A DNA stretch of 64,000 nt from Chiloscyllium plagiosum (Eukaryota). Each line of letters opens with the position of its first letter. The first letter of the stretch is position 1. The translations under genes and the position numbers were made by a program. Location of the stretch: positions 21,536,810-21,600,809 of the forward strand of contig NC_057719.1 of NCBI RefSeq assembly GCF_004010195.1, written 5' to 3'. Below are positions 1 to 12,576 of this stretch, piece by piece. Under the pieces are notes generated by a model. That model had not been told where the DNA came from. It was given only the letters and a program-made list of their open reading frames with translations, and ran no database searches.

Positions 1-290
1 AGAGGGCATAGGTTTAGGGTGAGAGGGGAAAGATATAAAAGAGACCTAAGGGGCAATGTTTTCACGCAGAGGGTGGTACGTGTATGGAATGAGCTGCCAG
101 AGGAAGTGGTGGAGGCTGGTACAATTGCAACATTCAAGAGGCATTTGGATCGGTATATGGAAGGGTTTGGAGGGATGTGGGCCGGGTGTTGGCAGGTATG
201 ATTAGGTTGAGTTGGGATATCTGGTTGGTCAGCATGGACGGGTTGGACCGAAGGGTCTGTTTCCATGCTGTAAATCTCTATGACTCTATG
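1..290 (+). mobile_element. CR1/HER1-like LINE 3' end fragment
   Basis: Encodes RGERYKRDLRGNVFTQRVVRVWNELPEEVVEAGTIATFKRHLD (CR1 ORF2 C-terminus); ends in CTCTATGA tail repeats. Confidence 0.9.
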
Positions 291-299
291 AAACATAGT

Positions 300-2220
300 A
301 AGACATGTAAAAGGTGTGATCTTCTATAAATACTAAAGAACTGGGCAGTTTTCAATTGATTTCACAAGGCATGTAGCAATAAAGGCTACTGCCGGAGTAG
401 TATACTAGAAGAAAGGCAGATAGAGCCACAAAGAGTTTTGCACTAACCCAAGGCATACCATCATATTGCAATAAATGTTATCCCACCAGTGATACCTTAT
501 GGTGTAATATACAAATCAAAATTTGACAATGTACACTCTAAGAAAAAGAGTGATAAATTCATATTTTACACTTTTAACCTCAATTAATGCCTTCAAATAA
601 TCCAAAGTGTCTGTGAAAGTTCAAATGATCCATCAGAAGATTGGTGACCATTCATTATTGGTGAAGCATCTCACAGGCACAAGTATCAATATACAACCCC
701 TATGAATTCTAAACAAACGTGTGAACCACAGCACGTAATGTAAAACTTCCAGCTTGCAATGATTTGCCACTCCCATGAGCAGGTTCAGTGATGATGAGTG
801 AAAGTACAATCAATCCACTAGGACAATGCAGATATCCTACAGCAGGGACACTACCAGACCAGGCATACAAGCGTGTTGTAATCTTGCATTAGTCACTATC
901 CATGGAATCATTCAAACATCAGAAACATCACAGAAATGGCAACAGACAATTCAAGAATCATTTGCAAAACCTAACATAAAAGAATAGAAATACTTCACTT
1001 TTTTTTCTGAATTAGAACTAAAATCTCAGCTCCCTGCTATAGAGAGACAAATGAGACTTCAAAAGGAAAGGAATGAACACGTATCTCAGCATAAATTGAG
1101 AATAGCTGACTTAATGCATTTTTTAGAAGTTACTCCTGCTCAGCACAGAAAGATGAATGAAGAATGATGACTGGACAACAAAGAAACAAAGGAGAATGAG
1201 CTCTGTATTATCCATCCAATGAAAATATAGCTGGTTTACCGGAATATCTGGAGTTACTTGAACATAAATCAGATCAAGCTCAGCAGGAGCAGCTATGGAT
1301 ACATTAATTTGATCTTAAAGAAATGAAAGAACTACAGGAATAGGTGGAAATGTGTAATGTACATAATGAGCAACAAATGACTCAGGAGACAATCATTTGT
1401 GAAATAAATGACAACAATGATACTGTACTGAAATACTTCAATGACAGCACAGAAGAAACTAAACAACCACTGAAGGAATAAGTGACAGAGGACTGGACTT
1501 CAAAAAAACTTTAAAAAATGTTGATTAGGCTAACCATTGAAGCAAATAATGAAGCAAAAATGTGTTTGACCAACAAAAGGTGAACATCTGGATAGAATTA
1601 GGTGAATCCAGGATTGAAAAGCAGAAGTTTTAAAATAAGCTGAAAGCCCTAATGGAACAAAACAGCAAATGCCAAGGAACTATGAACAACTTAAAACATC
1701 CTGATATATGAGTTTAGTCAATGACTAATCTGGAGCAGAACCTGACTGTAGTGCATCAGCATGATCAAATTTTGGAACAACAACTGCAGTCCACAAAAGA
1801 AAACCTTAACAATACAAACATGAACAAGAGGCTACATCATTGATAGCTGTGGAAAATTGACAGCACTTACAGAAAAAGTCACCAACATAGTTCTGTATAT
1901 TTCAGCAAATTATTAACATTCTATGGAGACTCATAACTTTCATCTTTTGGAAAGGACAGGTATGTCGTATGTGTACCTTGCCTTTAAGGGAGTTTACTTT
2001 TAGGGACAACATGCGTGGGCATACAATGTTGTGACTGTGCCTACCAATTTGTCTGCTATGTGTTTGTGAGTTGTATACATTGAAATCATTTGACTTACTC
2101 TAATGTCTGTTTCATATTTATAATGTGTTTACTGTTTTAATTAAACCAACTCACAGAGTTAATCCCTGTAAAACAATTGATCATTCGAGTATTGTTTTTA
2201 TGAACATGACCACAACCACA
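300..2220 (+). mobile_element. Decayed Gypsy-like LTR retrotransposon (gag knuckle, protease, coiled-coil region, PPT, 3' LTR)
   Basis: Manual translation: CKRCD..KNWAVFN.FHKACSNKGYCRS (decayed zinc knuckle, ~301-400), HLTGTSINIQPL (DTGAS-like, ~667-703), STINPLGQC (~803-830); purine tract GGAAAGGACAGG 1949-1960 then TGTCGT...ACCACA LTR-like segment ~1963-2220. Confidence 0.55.
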
Positions 2221-2244
2221 TTACTATGAACCTGATCACATCTG

Positions 2245-2437
2245 CAGATGCTGGAGATCAAAGTTGAAACTTTATTGCTGGAACAGCACAGCAGGTCAGG
2301 CAGCATCCAGGGAACAGGAGATTCGACGTTTCGGGCACAGGCCATTCCTGAAGAAGGGCCTGTGCCCGAAACGTCGAATCTCCTGTTCCCTGGATGCTGC
2401 CTGACCTGCTGTGCTGTTCCAGCAATAAAGTTTCAAC
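2245..2437. mobile_element. Penelope-like hairpin mini-element (inverted pLTR), family A
   Basis: Near-perfect palindrome; 14-bp TSD CCTGATCACATCTG at 2231-2244 and 2438-2451; homologous to the ends of GIY-YIG-bearing copies elsewhere in the window. Confidence 0.9.
2344..2379 (+). ncRNA. Minimal type I hammerhead ribozyme (PLE family A)
   Basis: ATTC-CTGAAGA-A-GGGC(CTGT)GCCC-GAAACGTC-GAAT: stem I ATTC/GAAT, conserved core, stem II, palindromic ACGT helix III, GUC cleavage triplet. Confidence 0.8.
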
Positions 2438-2749
2438 CCTGATCACATCTGGTCAGACCAGACAAGGATGACAGATTTCCGTCCTGAAATATGGATGTTT
2501 TTCAGCAATCCATGGTCACCATTACTGACATTATGGGTAGGATTGATAGGACTAGAGATGGTGAAATAAATAACAGGTGGGTAAGCCTAAATTGAATGAG
2601 GAACATAAAAATCATATTCTCACAGTTTAGTCCCTAAGTTTTCCTCCTTCCAGTAAGTGGGTTGACTATTGTGCCATCAGGCAATAATATGTTAATGTTT
2701 CAGTTTATCATTTGCATCTCAATAAAATAACAATTCTCTGGAATTAGCT

Positions 2750-4080
2750 ACATAGAACATAGAACAGTACAGCACAGTACAGGCTCTTCAGCCTCAATGT
2801 TGTGCAGGCCTTTTATCCTTCTCTAAGATCAAACTAACCTACATACCTTCATTTTACTATCATCCATGTGCCTATCCGTAAGTCACTTAAATGTCCCTAA
2901 TGCATCTGGCTCTACTACATCACTCTCTAGGTAAAGAATCTATCTCTGACATCTCCCCTAAACCTTCCTCCAATCACCCTAAAATTATGCCTCCTTGTGA
3001 TAGACCTTTCTGCCCAGGGAAAAAGTCTCTGACTATTCACTCTAATATGCCTCTCATCATCTTGTACACCTCTAGCAAGTTACCTCTCATCCTTCTTCGC
3101 TCCAATGAGAAAAGCCCTAACCTTCTCAACCTTTTATCATAAGACATGTCCTCTGGTCCAGGTAACATCCTGGGAAATCTCCTCTGCCCCCTCTCCAAAG
3201 CTTCCACATCCTTTCTATAATAAGGCGACCAGAACTGAACACAATATTTCAAGTGTGGTCTAATTAGGGCTGTACAGAGCTGCAGCATAATCTCACAGCT
3301 CTTAAACTCACTTTCCCTGCTAATGAAAGCCAACACACCATACGCCTTCTTAACAACCCTACCAACTTGGGTGGCAACTTTGACAGATCTGTGGACATGT
3401 ACTCCAAGATATCTGTGTTCTTCCACACTGCCAAGAATCCTGCTTTTAACCATGTCTTCTGTATTCAAGTTCAAACTTCCAAAGTGAATCACTTCACACT
3501 TTTCCAGGTTGAACCTCCATCTGCCACTTATCAGCCTAGTTCTGAATCCTGTTAATGTCCTGTTGCAACAACCCTCCACACGACCACTCTACATCAGCAA
3601 ATGTACTCATCCACCTTTCCACTACCTCATCCGAGTCATTTATAAAAATCACAAAGAGCAGAGGTCTCAGAACAGATCCCTGCAGAACTCCACTGGTCAC
3701 CAAGCTCCAGGCTGAAAACTTTCCATCTAGTAGGGCCCTCAGTCTTCTATAGGCCAGACAGCCAAATTTCCCTGTATCCCATGCCTCCTTACTTTCTGAA
3801 TCACCGTCCCATGGGGAACCTTCACACACACCTTGCTAAAATCCATGTGCACCACAACCACTGCTCTATCTTCATCAATGTGTTTTGTCACATCCTCAAA
3901 GAATTTAGTAAGGCCCCTCACAAAGCCATGCTGACTGGCTCTAATTAAACTATGGTTTTCCAATCATAAGTCCTGCCTCTCAGAATCCTCTCCAATCATT
4001 TGCCCACCACAGATGCAATTTTACAGACGGTCTGTAATTTCCCGGATTGTTCCTATTCCCTTTCTTGAACAAGGGAATAA
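2750..4080 (-). mobile_element. CR1-like LINE, 5'-truncated, frameshifted RT
   Basis: ORF fragments SQHGFVRG, MDFSKV, VTSGVLQGSVLRPLLFVIFIND, FNLEKCEVIHFG, LKYCVQFWSPY; CATAGAA tail repeats at 2750. Confidence 0.92.
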
Positions 4081-4419
4081 TATAATGATAATAATAATAT
4101 AATAACATAGCATAGTAATATTTTAATAATAACAACATAACATTTGCCATCCTCCAATTAATTTCTACTCAATGAAATATGATGCTTCAGAAACACAACA
4201 GCAAATGGCTGGTGAGTACCTGGCAATTTGGTTTTCTTCCTCCGCCTTCTCACTTTTTCCAAATACCAATAAAATTTTAAATGTTGCTTACAATCACTTG
4301 GCAAAGTGCAGTTGACACGACCAGGTGGAGCAAGGTATCCTGTGTGTTTGGGCCACCTCCAAGCCCAACTAGTATATGATAAACAGAGGGCACTGAGGGA
4401 AAGAAAATAGAGGTATTGG

Positions 4420-4930
4420 ACCTGGGTTCAAATCCCACTAGAGCATATGGTGAAACTTGAAATCAGTAAAATTTGAAATTAAAAGCTAAACTAATAGTGA
4501 CCATGTAACCACTGTTGATTGTTGTCCAAAGAAATTTTAGCTCGTTCAGTAATGTTCTTTAAGCAGGGAAACCTGACATCCCAGTCTGTGTGATTCCAGA
4601 TTCATTGCAATATGACTGCTCTTAGCTGGTCTCTGGAATCACCCAGCAAGTCAGTCAATTGTTTCAATCTGCTACACAGACTAAGAAAAGAAATGACATT
4701 GGTTAAACCATCGATGGAGACACTGGAAATGACAGCAAATGCAGTGCTGTCAACTCTGTAGAGTCAATCATACCAACATCTTCTGCCAAACGGTGAGGGA
4801 GCTATCTCTGAGACCTGTCAAACAACAGTCTGACATAGTAATATACATGAAATCAAAATTTATATAAAGTTTTCCTGGCAACAGCATCACCATCTTTGAA
4901 TATGCCTTGTCTAACCGATAGAACAAGATT
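4420..4930 (+). mobile_element. LINE 5' end: tRNA-like head, 5' UTR and APE endonuclease start
   Basis: B-box-like GGGTTCAAATCCC at 4424; ~4795-4930 translates ELSLRPVKQQSDIVIYMKS...SITIFEYALSNR (decayed APE N-terminus). Confidence 0.55.
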
Positions 4931-5230
4931 GAGGGCTGACATGACTGACCTCCAACAACCACAACCCATCTTCTTTCATGCCAGGGATGATCCCTCCCAC
5001 CACATGGAGTTTCCTCTGATAACCGTTCACTCCAGTTTTGCTCGGGCTCCTGATGCTATACTCAGTCAAGTGTTGCCATGATGTCAAGGGCAATTATCAA
5101 ACTTCACATCAGGTGTTCAGCTTTATTTTCACATTTCAACCAAGTCTGTAATGAGGCCTTGACTACAACGGCTCTGGAAGAAGCCAAAATGAGCAGGAGT
5201 GAGCAGGTTATTTCTTTGTAAGTGCTACTT

Positions 5231-5564
5231 CATAGAATCCCTACAGTGTCGAAACAGGCCCTTCGGCCTAACAAGTCCACACCAACCTTCCAAAATGCAT
5301 TCCCAAACCCATTCCCCTCCCCTATATTTACCCCTGACGAATGCACCCAACCTACAAATCACTGAATACTATGTGCAATTTAGCATGGCCAATCCACCTA
5401 ACCTGCACATCTTTGTGGGAGCAAACTGGAGCAACCGGAGGAAACCCATGCAGACACAGGGAGAATGTGCAAACTCTGCACAGACAGTCACCTGAGACTA
5501 GAATCGAACTCGGGTCCCTGGCGCTGGAGGCAGCAATGCTAACCAATGATTCACCATGCCACCC
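5231..5564 (-). mobile_element. HE1-like V-SINE
   Basis: tRNA-like head, V-domain (GTTTGCACATTCTCCCTGTGTCTGCATGGGTTTCCTCCGG) and CR1-like tail on the minus strand. Confidence 0.88.
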
Positions 5565-5620
5565 TTGTGGACAACTCCTTGCTGATAATTGAAGCTAGAC
5601 TGGTAATCTGGTGGTTGACC

Positions 5621-6495
5621 ATATAATGAGTGTGACAAGGTCAGCCAGCTGGAGAATGAGTGCTCTGACCGAGGCTGTTAATCTGGTCCAATCAGGAAGG
5701 TCTGGCTGACCCAAAAAAATGGGTGAGTTTCAGAGATTCTGACACTTTGGTACCTGATTGAGCGCAACAGTATTACTGATAAGGTAATGTTCATGTCGTT
5801 AGAGGGAGTGCTGAGGGACAGGATTCACATATATTTAGGAACACAAGGACTGATGAGAAAGCATCAACATAGCTTTGTACATGGGAAATGATGTCTCATG
5901 AACTTGATTGAGTTTATTAAAGAAGGAACAAAGAGGATTGATGAAGACAGAATGGTGTACGTGATCATTATGGACTTCAGTAAAGTGTTCAACAAGGTTC
6001 CTCATGGTAGACTGTTAGCAAGGTTAGATCTCATGGAGTACAGGAAGAACTAATCACTTGGATACTGAACTGGCTCGAAGGTATAAAACAGAGGGTGGTG
6101 GTGAAGGGTTGTCTTTCAGACTGGAGGCCTTTTGTCTCTTATATAAATGATTTGATGTGGTCATAGGAGGTATAGTTAATAATTTTGCAGATGATACCAA
6201 AATTAGAAGTATAGTGGACAGCGCAGAGGGTGGTGCATGTATGGAATGAACTGCCAGAGGAAATCGTAGAGGTTGGTATAATTACAAAATTTAAAAGGCA
6301 TCTGGATGGGTATATGAATAGGAAGAGTTTGGACAGATGTGGGCTAAATGTTGGCAAATGAGACTAGATTAGGTTGGGAAATCTGATTGGCATGAATGAG
6401 TTGGACCGAAGGATCTGTTTCCATGCTGTACATCTCTATGACTCTATGTGTAAATAAGGGGTAGCTTGGTTATGGGAAACTGTGGGGTTATTTCA
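5621..6495 (+). mobile_element. Solo LTR-like element interrupted by a CR1
   Basis: CCAAT box, ends TATTTCA; flanked by GACC (5617-5620) and GGCC (6496-6499); splits the host LINE. Confidence 0.45.
5798..6447 (+). mobile_element. CR1-like LINE fragment with internal deletions
   Basis: QHSFVHG, MDFSKVFNKVPHG, NFADDTK, WNELPEE motifs; CTCTATGA tail. Confidence 0.88.
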
Positions 6496-8479
6496 GGCCA
6501 GACTGCATTTATTCTGCTTTTTTATGCATAGGACATACCTGGGCAATTTTCCACATTGGTCATTGTCAGTATTAGTGTTGTAGCTGTACTGGAACAAGCC
6601 GGCTCAAGGCACAGTTAATCCAAAGTTTATGTGGAAGTATGATATATGGAAGTCAAATCTCACCATGGCGGGAGATTTAAAATTTAGTATATTAAATGAA
6701 GATCTGTAGTTAAATACTAGTATTGCTAATGGTGACCATGAAACTATTGGGGGGGTGGTTAAAATCCTCCCTGGTTCACTGAGGCCCTTTACTGAAGAAA
6801 ATCTTCAGTGACATGTGCTTGTTAGAGGATGGAAATAACCCAGCTCATCTTGGAAAGATCAAGGCTTAACTTGTAACTGCTACTTGTTTCGCTGATGTGT
6901 ATGAAGCTACAATTATTCAATATCGTTGAGGCTGGTCAGATCATGGTTGAACTGCCACAATCCTTGCAGTGATGATTCAACTACAATGGTGAATAATTTC
7001 TTAAGGCTTTGATTTCACAACATTGAAGAAATGGAGATATGAGTCCATTGATATGGCCTAAGACTTGATGGGGAAGTTGAAGATGGTAATGTTTCCCTGA
7101 CATTAAATTATCCTCTCGTTGAAAGATGAAGGACATGAAATACATATACATATGCATATACACATGATCTATACATCAAAACAATCTTCATCTAATCAAA
7201 ACGAAAGTGAATTGCAATGATAAGTGAATTGATCAGATTTATTCACTTTAGTATTTCACTCTAATGCCTTTCATTATTGTAAAAAAGAGATTCATTCCAA
7301 TGCAGTTTATTGGAAGCACTCTGTTGAACCGCTGAGTACAATCATTTATCAAATAGCACAAACAGAATCTTGCACTGCTGCTCCATAAAACTTTGCAATG
7401 AGTACAGAGCTGTTCTGATCATTCACCTTTTCAAAAGATCTCTTTAAAGTATGAAACCATCCCACGTAACAAGAGTTCAAGCAAGTCCGTGAAAAACTGA
7501 AGGAGGACAATGTATTCAGAAGAACCAGAAATTCTTGTGTAATTTGTTAACGCTTTCCATGTCGCAATATATTTTAGAAGTGGATCAAGTAAATGTAGGC
7601 TTTTATATGTTTTGATAGTGAATGCATTGTCAAGAGACTGTTTGATAACCAACTGGATGACTCCCTGTTATGTGGTCATGGGAAGGACAGTTTCCAATGA
7701 TTATTTCAAGGTTGTCACTAAGACTGTCAAAGCAGGATCCTGTTTTACAAAGGAATGATGTGATACGTATTATGGGAAATGTCAGTATGCTGCAACTACA
7801 GTTTCGGTTGTACATCATTGCTGAACAGGAGGGAGGATTGACACTGAAAATATTCTCAGTTCTAATTTATCTTTCTGACACACTGATTACAGCTATGTTG
7901 CATGATACTTGCAACATTACTAATTAAATCATCAATGTGCAAGGTGAAAAGCCCTTCTTTTCCATCTCCTGAACCCTCACTCAATTGACTATTCTCCACC
8001 TGTGATGGCAAAATTACTTTTGACATGCTGGATATCAATTTAAATGATACAGTGAGCTAAACAGTCATTAGCAGTGAGTTAAAAATTCTTAGCCATTTTC
8101 TACAAGATTAGAGGCTCCATCCTGTTGACAGAAGCACTTTCTGAAGTGCACTGTGATATAAATAAAGCATGATACAAGGAATAGCTTTTCCTGTGATGTT
8201 GAGGTATCTCATCAAGGAATTTAGAAAATGTAGGTCTCCATCACTGAGACGTAGAGATCAAGATTCAATCCCTAGTTTGAACTGAGTTAGTTAATCTACC
8301 CAGTACAATTACAAAGGAGGAGTCTACTTTGAAACTCCAGTGTCAGCCTTGCTCTCATCAACACACTTTCCAGGACTGAATGTAGTGGACACTTCTGCTT
8401 CTGCTTTGGTCATGTAAACAACATAGTCTAACATATAAATTCTACCAACAATTATGTGGTTCATGGTAGCTAACCAGAT

Positions 8480-8860
8480 GTAATCTGCTAGCCTTCAATA
8501 GTGAAAAAAAAACACATAAATACAGACAAATGTTTGTAAGGATTCCACACAAAACTTGAATACTCCAAATTTGGACAAACAAATATTTGGTAAGCTATAG
8601 TTCTGATAATTTTGTTGCAATACCACAGATTCCTCTTCAAATATCTGAGAAGCCCATTTTCAGTGCCATCTGCTGAACGTGGAATCCCCATTGAAGATTG
8701 TTTTTAACATGAACACTAAGGTATGTTTCTGCTTGCTGGAGAATTCCATCACAGAGAGTAAAGCTCTCTGATGGTGAATTCGTTTTGATGGTAAAACACA
8801 TGCTATTGCATTTTTTATGTTGAAAGCCAGCTCTCCAATGGCCCTGCCAATTTTGCAACC
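8480..8860 (-). mobile_element. Old LINE RT C-terminal fragment
   Basis: AYQIFVCPNLEYSSFVWNPY and KNNLQW motifs typical of CR1/L2-group RT C-terminus. Confidence 0.6.
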
Positions 8861-8862
8861 CC

Positions 8863-9220
8863 AATTTATTCATGGGATGTAAGTGTTGCTGGCTAGGTCA
8901 GCATTCATTGTCCATTCTGAATTGACCAGAGGGCAGTTAAGAGTAAACTGCATTGTTGTGGGTCTTGAGTCACATATAGGCCAAACCACATGAGGAATGG
9001 CAATTTCCTTTCCTGAAGGAAATGAGTGAACCAGATGGGTTTGTCCTGGAATTCGAGAATGATTTAGTGGTCATCATAAGACTCTTACTTCTAGATTTTT
9101 AAATTTCAATTCCAACCTCAACTTCTGCTGTAATGGGATTCAAACCTAGGCTCCCAGATCATAACCTGAGTCACTGGACTAATAATCTAATGATAATAGC
9201 ACTGGGCAATGCCTCCCCTT
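8863..9220 (-). mobile_element. tRNA-headed SINE, related to fragments at 2452-2530, 4420-4650, 6650-6810, 23670-23910 and 59340-60500
   Basis: Minus strand: GGTTTGAATCCC B-box, shared body CCCATCTGGTTCACT...GGCCTATATGTGACTC, tail ...CATCCCATGAATAAA. Confidence 0.7.
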
Positions 9221-11301
9221 AATTGTTTAAAGACATTTACGATACAAGAGGTGATGTGTAAGTTATTGCTGCTCTAGTCATTTTTGTGTATTTGAAGTTA
9301 ATTGTTAAAAATTATAATGCTGATTATAGCACTTGAATATGAATGCATTTAATAAATATAGGAAGTGCAGTGCTTGCGTTAATGCATTTTAAGTTGGGCA
9401 TGCAACCACTAATGGGGGTTCAATTATTCTGCTCACTTGCTATAACAACTTCTTTGCCATGTTTAATCAACAGTATATTTGCAATTTTCTTGCATGTACA
9501 CAAAGTCTTCATACACCAACATCCTTCACTATCATATTCCTCTATTTTTGATGGTTTTGATTTTGGAGGGAGGATATGTCATTCCTTTCAATGGGCAATA
9601 AACCTGCCTATCAATTGAAAGGTGCCAGACTCCAGATGTGTCCAAGAACCATTGCTCCTTTCAAGGAAAAGAACCATAAAAGAGAATAACATTGTCGAGG
9701 AATAAATGGAGGCTCAGATAGTGGGTTTAGAATGCTGCTAACCTGTTTGAGATTATGCTTGTCTGTCTTTTTAATGGCCCAGCATTACCAACAATGATCT
9801 CCTTTTAGAAGTCTTCTCTCTTTCCCACAGCCTCAGGACTGCAAAGCCTTCTATCTCAATCTGTATTTCCTTCTTTCTCTCACTTATAAGCTTTTAACTC
9901 CAACCACATTCTTGACTTATTTCACATTAACTGTGAAGAATGAGAGAATTCAGATGTGTCCAATGAAATTAAGTAAATAATTACTATTAAATACATAGTC
10001 TATCTCCTGAGTAACTATTCAACTGAGTTCATAATTACTTCATGCATCATAGATTACACCTCTCCAAGACAATTGGAGCCCCCAGACCCTAATATGCACT
10101 CAAATCTTGCCAGCAGGCACGATACACTCCTTTCCCTGCTCAGGACATGATCTGCCTCTAACCTCTTCCCATCCCCTACACCCGAGTCCCATTCCCCTGC
10201 TGTTCAATCAAACACCACCATCCCTCACTCACCATGTGAAACCTCCTACAAGGGTTCCACAACTGCCCTCCCCTGACCTCCCTGGTCAGACCTCATATCT
10301 CCCACCCACCTCGATCTACCTTAAATATTCCATCACTTACCTGCTCCCCTTGCCACCTTGCACCCTGGTACCCAACACACCTGGCAACCTGTCCTCAATG
10401 CCCTACTTCCTATCCATGATGTCCAACCACTTGTTATCCTACCTACTTGACATTCTACCATCCTTACCCACTTTGCATCCTCACCCATAAGGCACCATAC
10501 TTAGCTGGCATCCTACCTCTCCCCATCCACCTGGTATCCTATGTACTTCAAACTTTGACAGAAGCTGTCAAAGTGATTGATTTCAACCTTTGAAATACAG
10601 GATATAGCAGCTGACTGCTGTGAGAAAGGGGAGCATGCTTTGTCTTCCCCTGAGAGCTCTGCACTGTGAGAGAACTTGCAGAATGAAACTGCAGCTCTCC
10701 ATTCCTGCAGGAGTTCTGATCAGAATCTCCAGTCAGAAATGTGGAGCTCTCTCCTTTGATTTAAATATGAGTTAGAACAGCAATTAGAGTGGATTTCAAC
10801 TCCTTGGGATATCTGACCCAGATTGTTTTGTTTGGTATAACTACTAGTATATTAACATGTTAGGCACTGTAGTTTCTACCATTAAAAATAATCTAGTCCA
10901 CCTAATGGAATTATACCAGAGCTCTGGTATAATGGGTTATAAGGAGCTTCGAAGATTAGTATATGATTCACATGTGTACCACAGATAATTCAACAAAGTC
11001 CACAGCTATATGTAGATAACAGGAAAATAAGGAGAAATTTCTTTTTTAAGAGAATATATGGAATGTGTAATTCACTACCACAACAACTGGCTATATGCAT
11101 GAGAGCAAAGGGAATATGTTCCAGGACTGAAATAAATGAAACATAGCACCAGTGTATAATAGATGGATTGAATGGCATGTTTCTATACTGTATTTTCAAC
11201 TTAAGGTTGCACTCCATTCATACAGTAGATGCAAGTTCTTTTTGTCTGATATATCTACCTCAGAGAGGTTAGTTTCCCATCATTTACTCTCAAATATTAG
11301 C

Positions 11302-12576
11302 GTTGAAACTTTATTGCTGGAACAGCACAGCAGGTCAGGCAGCATCCAGGGAACAGGAGATTTGACGTTTCGGGCACAGGCCCTTCTTCAGGAATGAGCA
11401 GAGAGTGTTCAGCAGGAGAAGATAAAAGGTAGGGAGGAGGGACTTGGAGGAGGGGCGTTGGAAATGTGATAGGTGGAAAGAGGTCAAGGTGAGGGTGATA
11501 GGTCAGAGTAGGATGGAGGCGGAGAGGTCAAGAAGAAGAGACTCCTCCCTCCCCTTCCTAGACCTTTCTGTTTCTATCTCAGGTGACCGAATCAACACGG
11601 ACATCTACTACAAACCNNNNNNNNNNNNNNNNNNNNNNNNNNNNNNNNNNNNNNNNNNNNNNNNNNNNNNNNNNNNNNNNNNNNNNNNNNNNNNNNNNNN
11701 NNNNNNNNNNNNNNNNNNNNNNNNNNNNNNNNNNNNNNNNNNNNNNNNNNNNNNNNNNNNNNNNNNNNNNNNNNNNNNNNNNNNNNNNNNNNNNNNNNNN
11801 NNNNNNNNNNNNNNNNNNNNNNNNNNNNNNNNNNNNNNNNNNNNNNNNNNNNNNNNNNNNNNNNNNNNNNNNNNNNNNNNNNNNNNNNNNNNNNNNNNNN
11901 NNNNNNNNNNNNNNNNNNNNNNNNNNNNNNNNNNNNNNNNNNNNNNNNNNNNNNNNNNNNNNNNNNNNNNNNNNNNNNNNNNNNNNNNNNNNNNNNNNNN
12001 NNNNNNNNNNNNNNNNNNNNNNNNNNNNNNNNNNNNNNNNNNNNNNNNNNNNNNNNNNNNNNNNNNNNNNNNNNNNNNNNNNNNNNNNNNNNNNNNNNNN
12101 NNNNNNNNNNNNNNNNNNNNNNNNNNNNNNNNNNNNNNNNNNNNNNNNNNNNNNNNNNNNNNNNNNNNNNNNNNNNNNNNNNNNNNNNNNNNNNNNNNNN
12201 NNNNNNNNNNNNNNNNNNNNNNNNNNNNNNNNNNNNNNNNNNNNNNNNNNNNNNNNNNNNNNNNNNNNNNNNNNNNNNNNNNNNNNNNNNNNNNNNNNNN
12301 NNNNNNNNNNNNNNNNNNNNNNNNNNNNNNNNNNNNNNNNNNNNNNNNNNNNNNNNNNNNNNNNNNNNNNNNNNNNNNNNNNNNNNNNNNNNNNNNNNNN
12401 NNNNNNNNNNNNNNNNNNNNNNNNNNNNNNNNNNNNNNNNNNNNNCCTTTTCCTGAAGAAGGGCCTGTGCCCGAAACGTCGAATCTCCTGTTCCCTGGAT
12501 GCTGCCTGACCTGCTGTGCTGTTCCAGCAATAAAGTTTCAACTTTGATCTCCAGCATCTGCAGACCTCACTTTTTC
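11302..12576. mobile_element. Inverted Penelope-like element (family A) with RT fragment and assembly gap
   Basis: 15-bp TSD CTCTCAAATATTAGC (11287-11301, 12577-12591); inverted ends; RT motif LPFLDLSVSISGDRINTDIYYKP ~11548-11616; hammerheads at 11360-11395 (-) and 12449-12484 (+). Confidence 0.9.
11617..12445. other. Assembly gap (829 N)
   Basis: N run. Confidence 1.

Larger units (their letters stand above)
4935..6625 (-). mobile_element. CR1/L2-like LINE RT fragment interrupted by a SINE, an LTR and a CR1
   Basis: Minus-strand pieces LFQYSYNT (~6590), LDIMATLD.V.HQ (~5085) and VVVGGQS (~4950) are collinear RT motifs. Confidence 0.6.

Noticed and set aside
6850..7930. Protein-like short ORFs (e.g. 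LLDPLLKYIATWKAL)
   Set aside because: No recognisable domain or consistent splice frame; possibly an old transposon or viral fossil, needs BLASTx
10080..10560. Pro/Leu/Ser-rich 127-aa ORF
   Set aside because: C-rich low-complexity DNA lacks stop codons by composition
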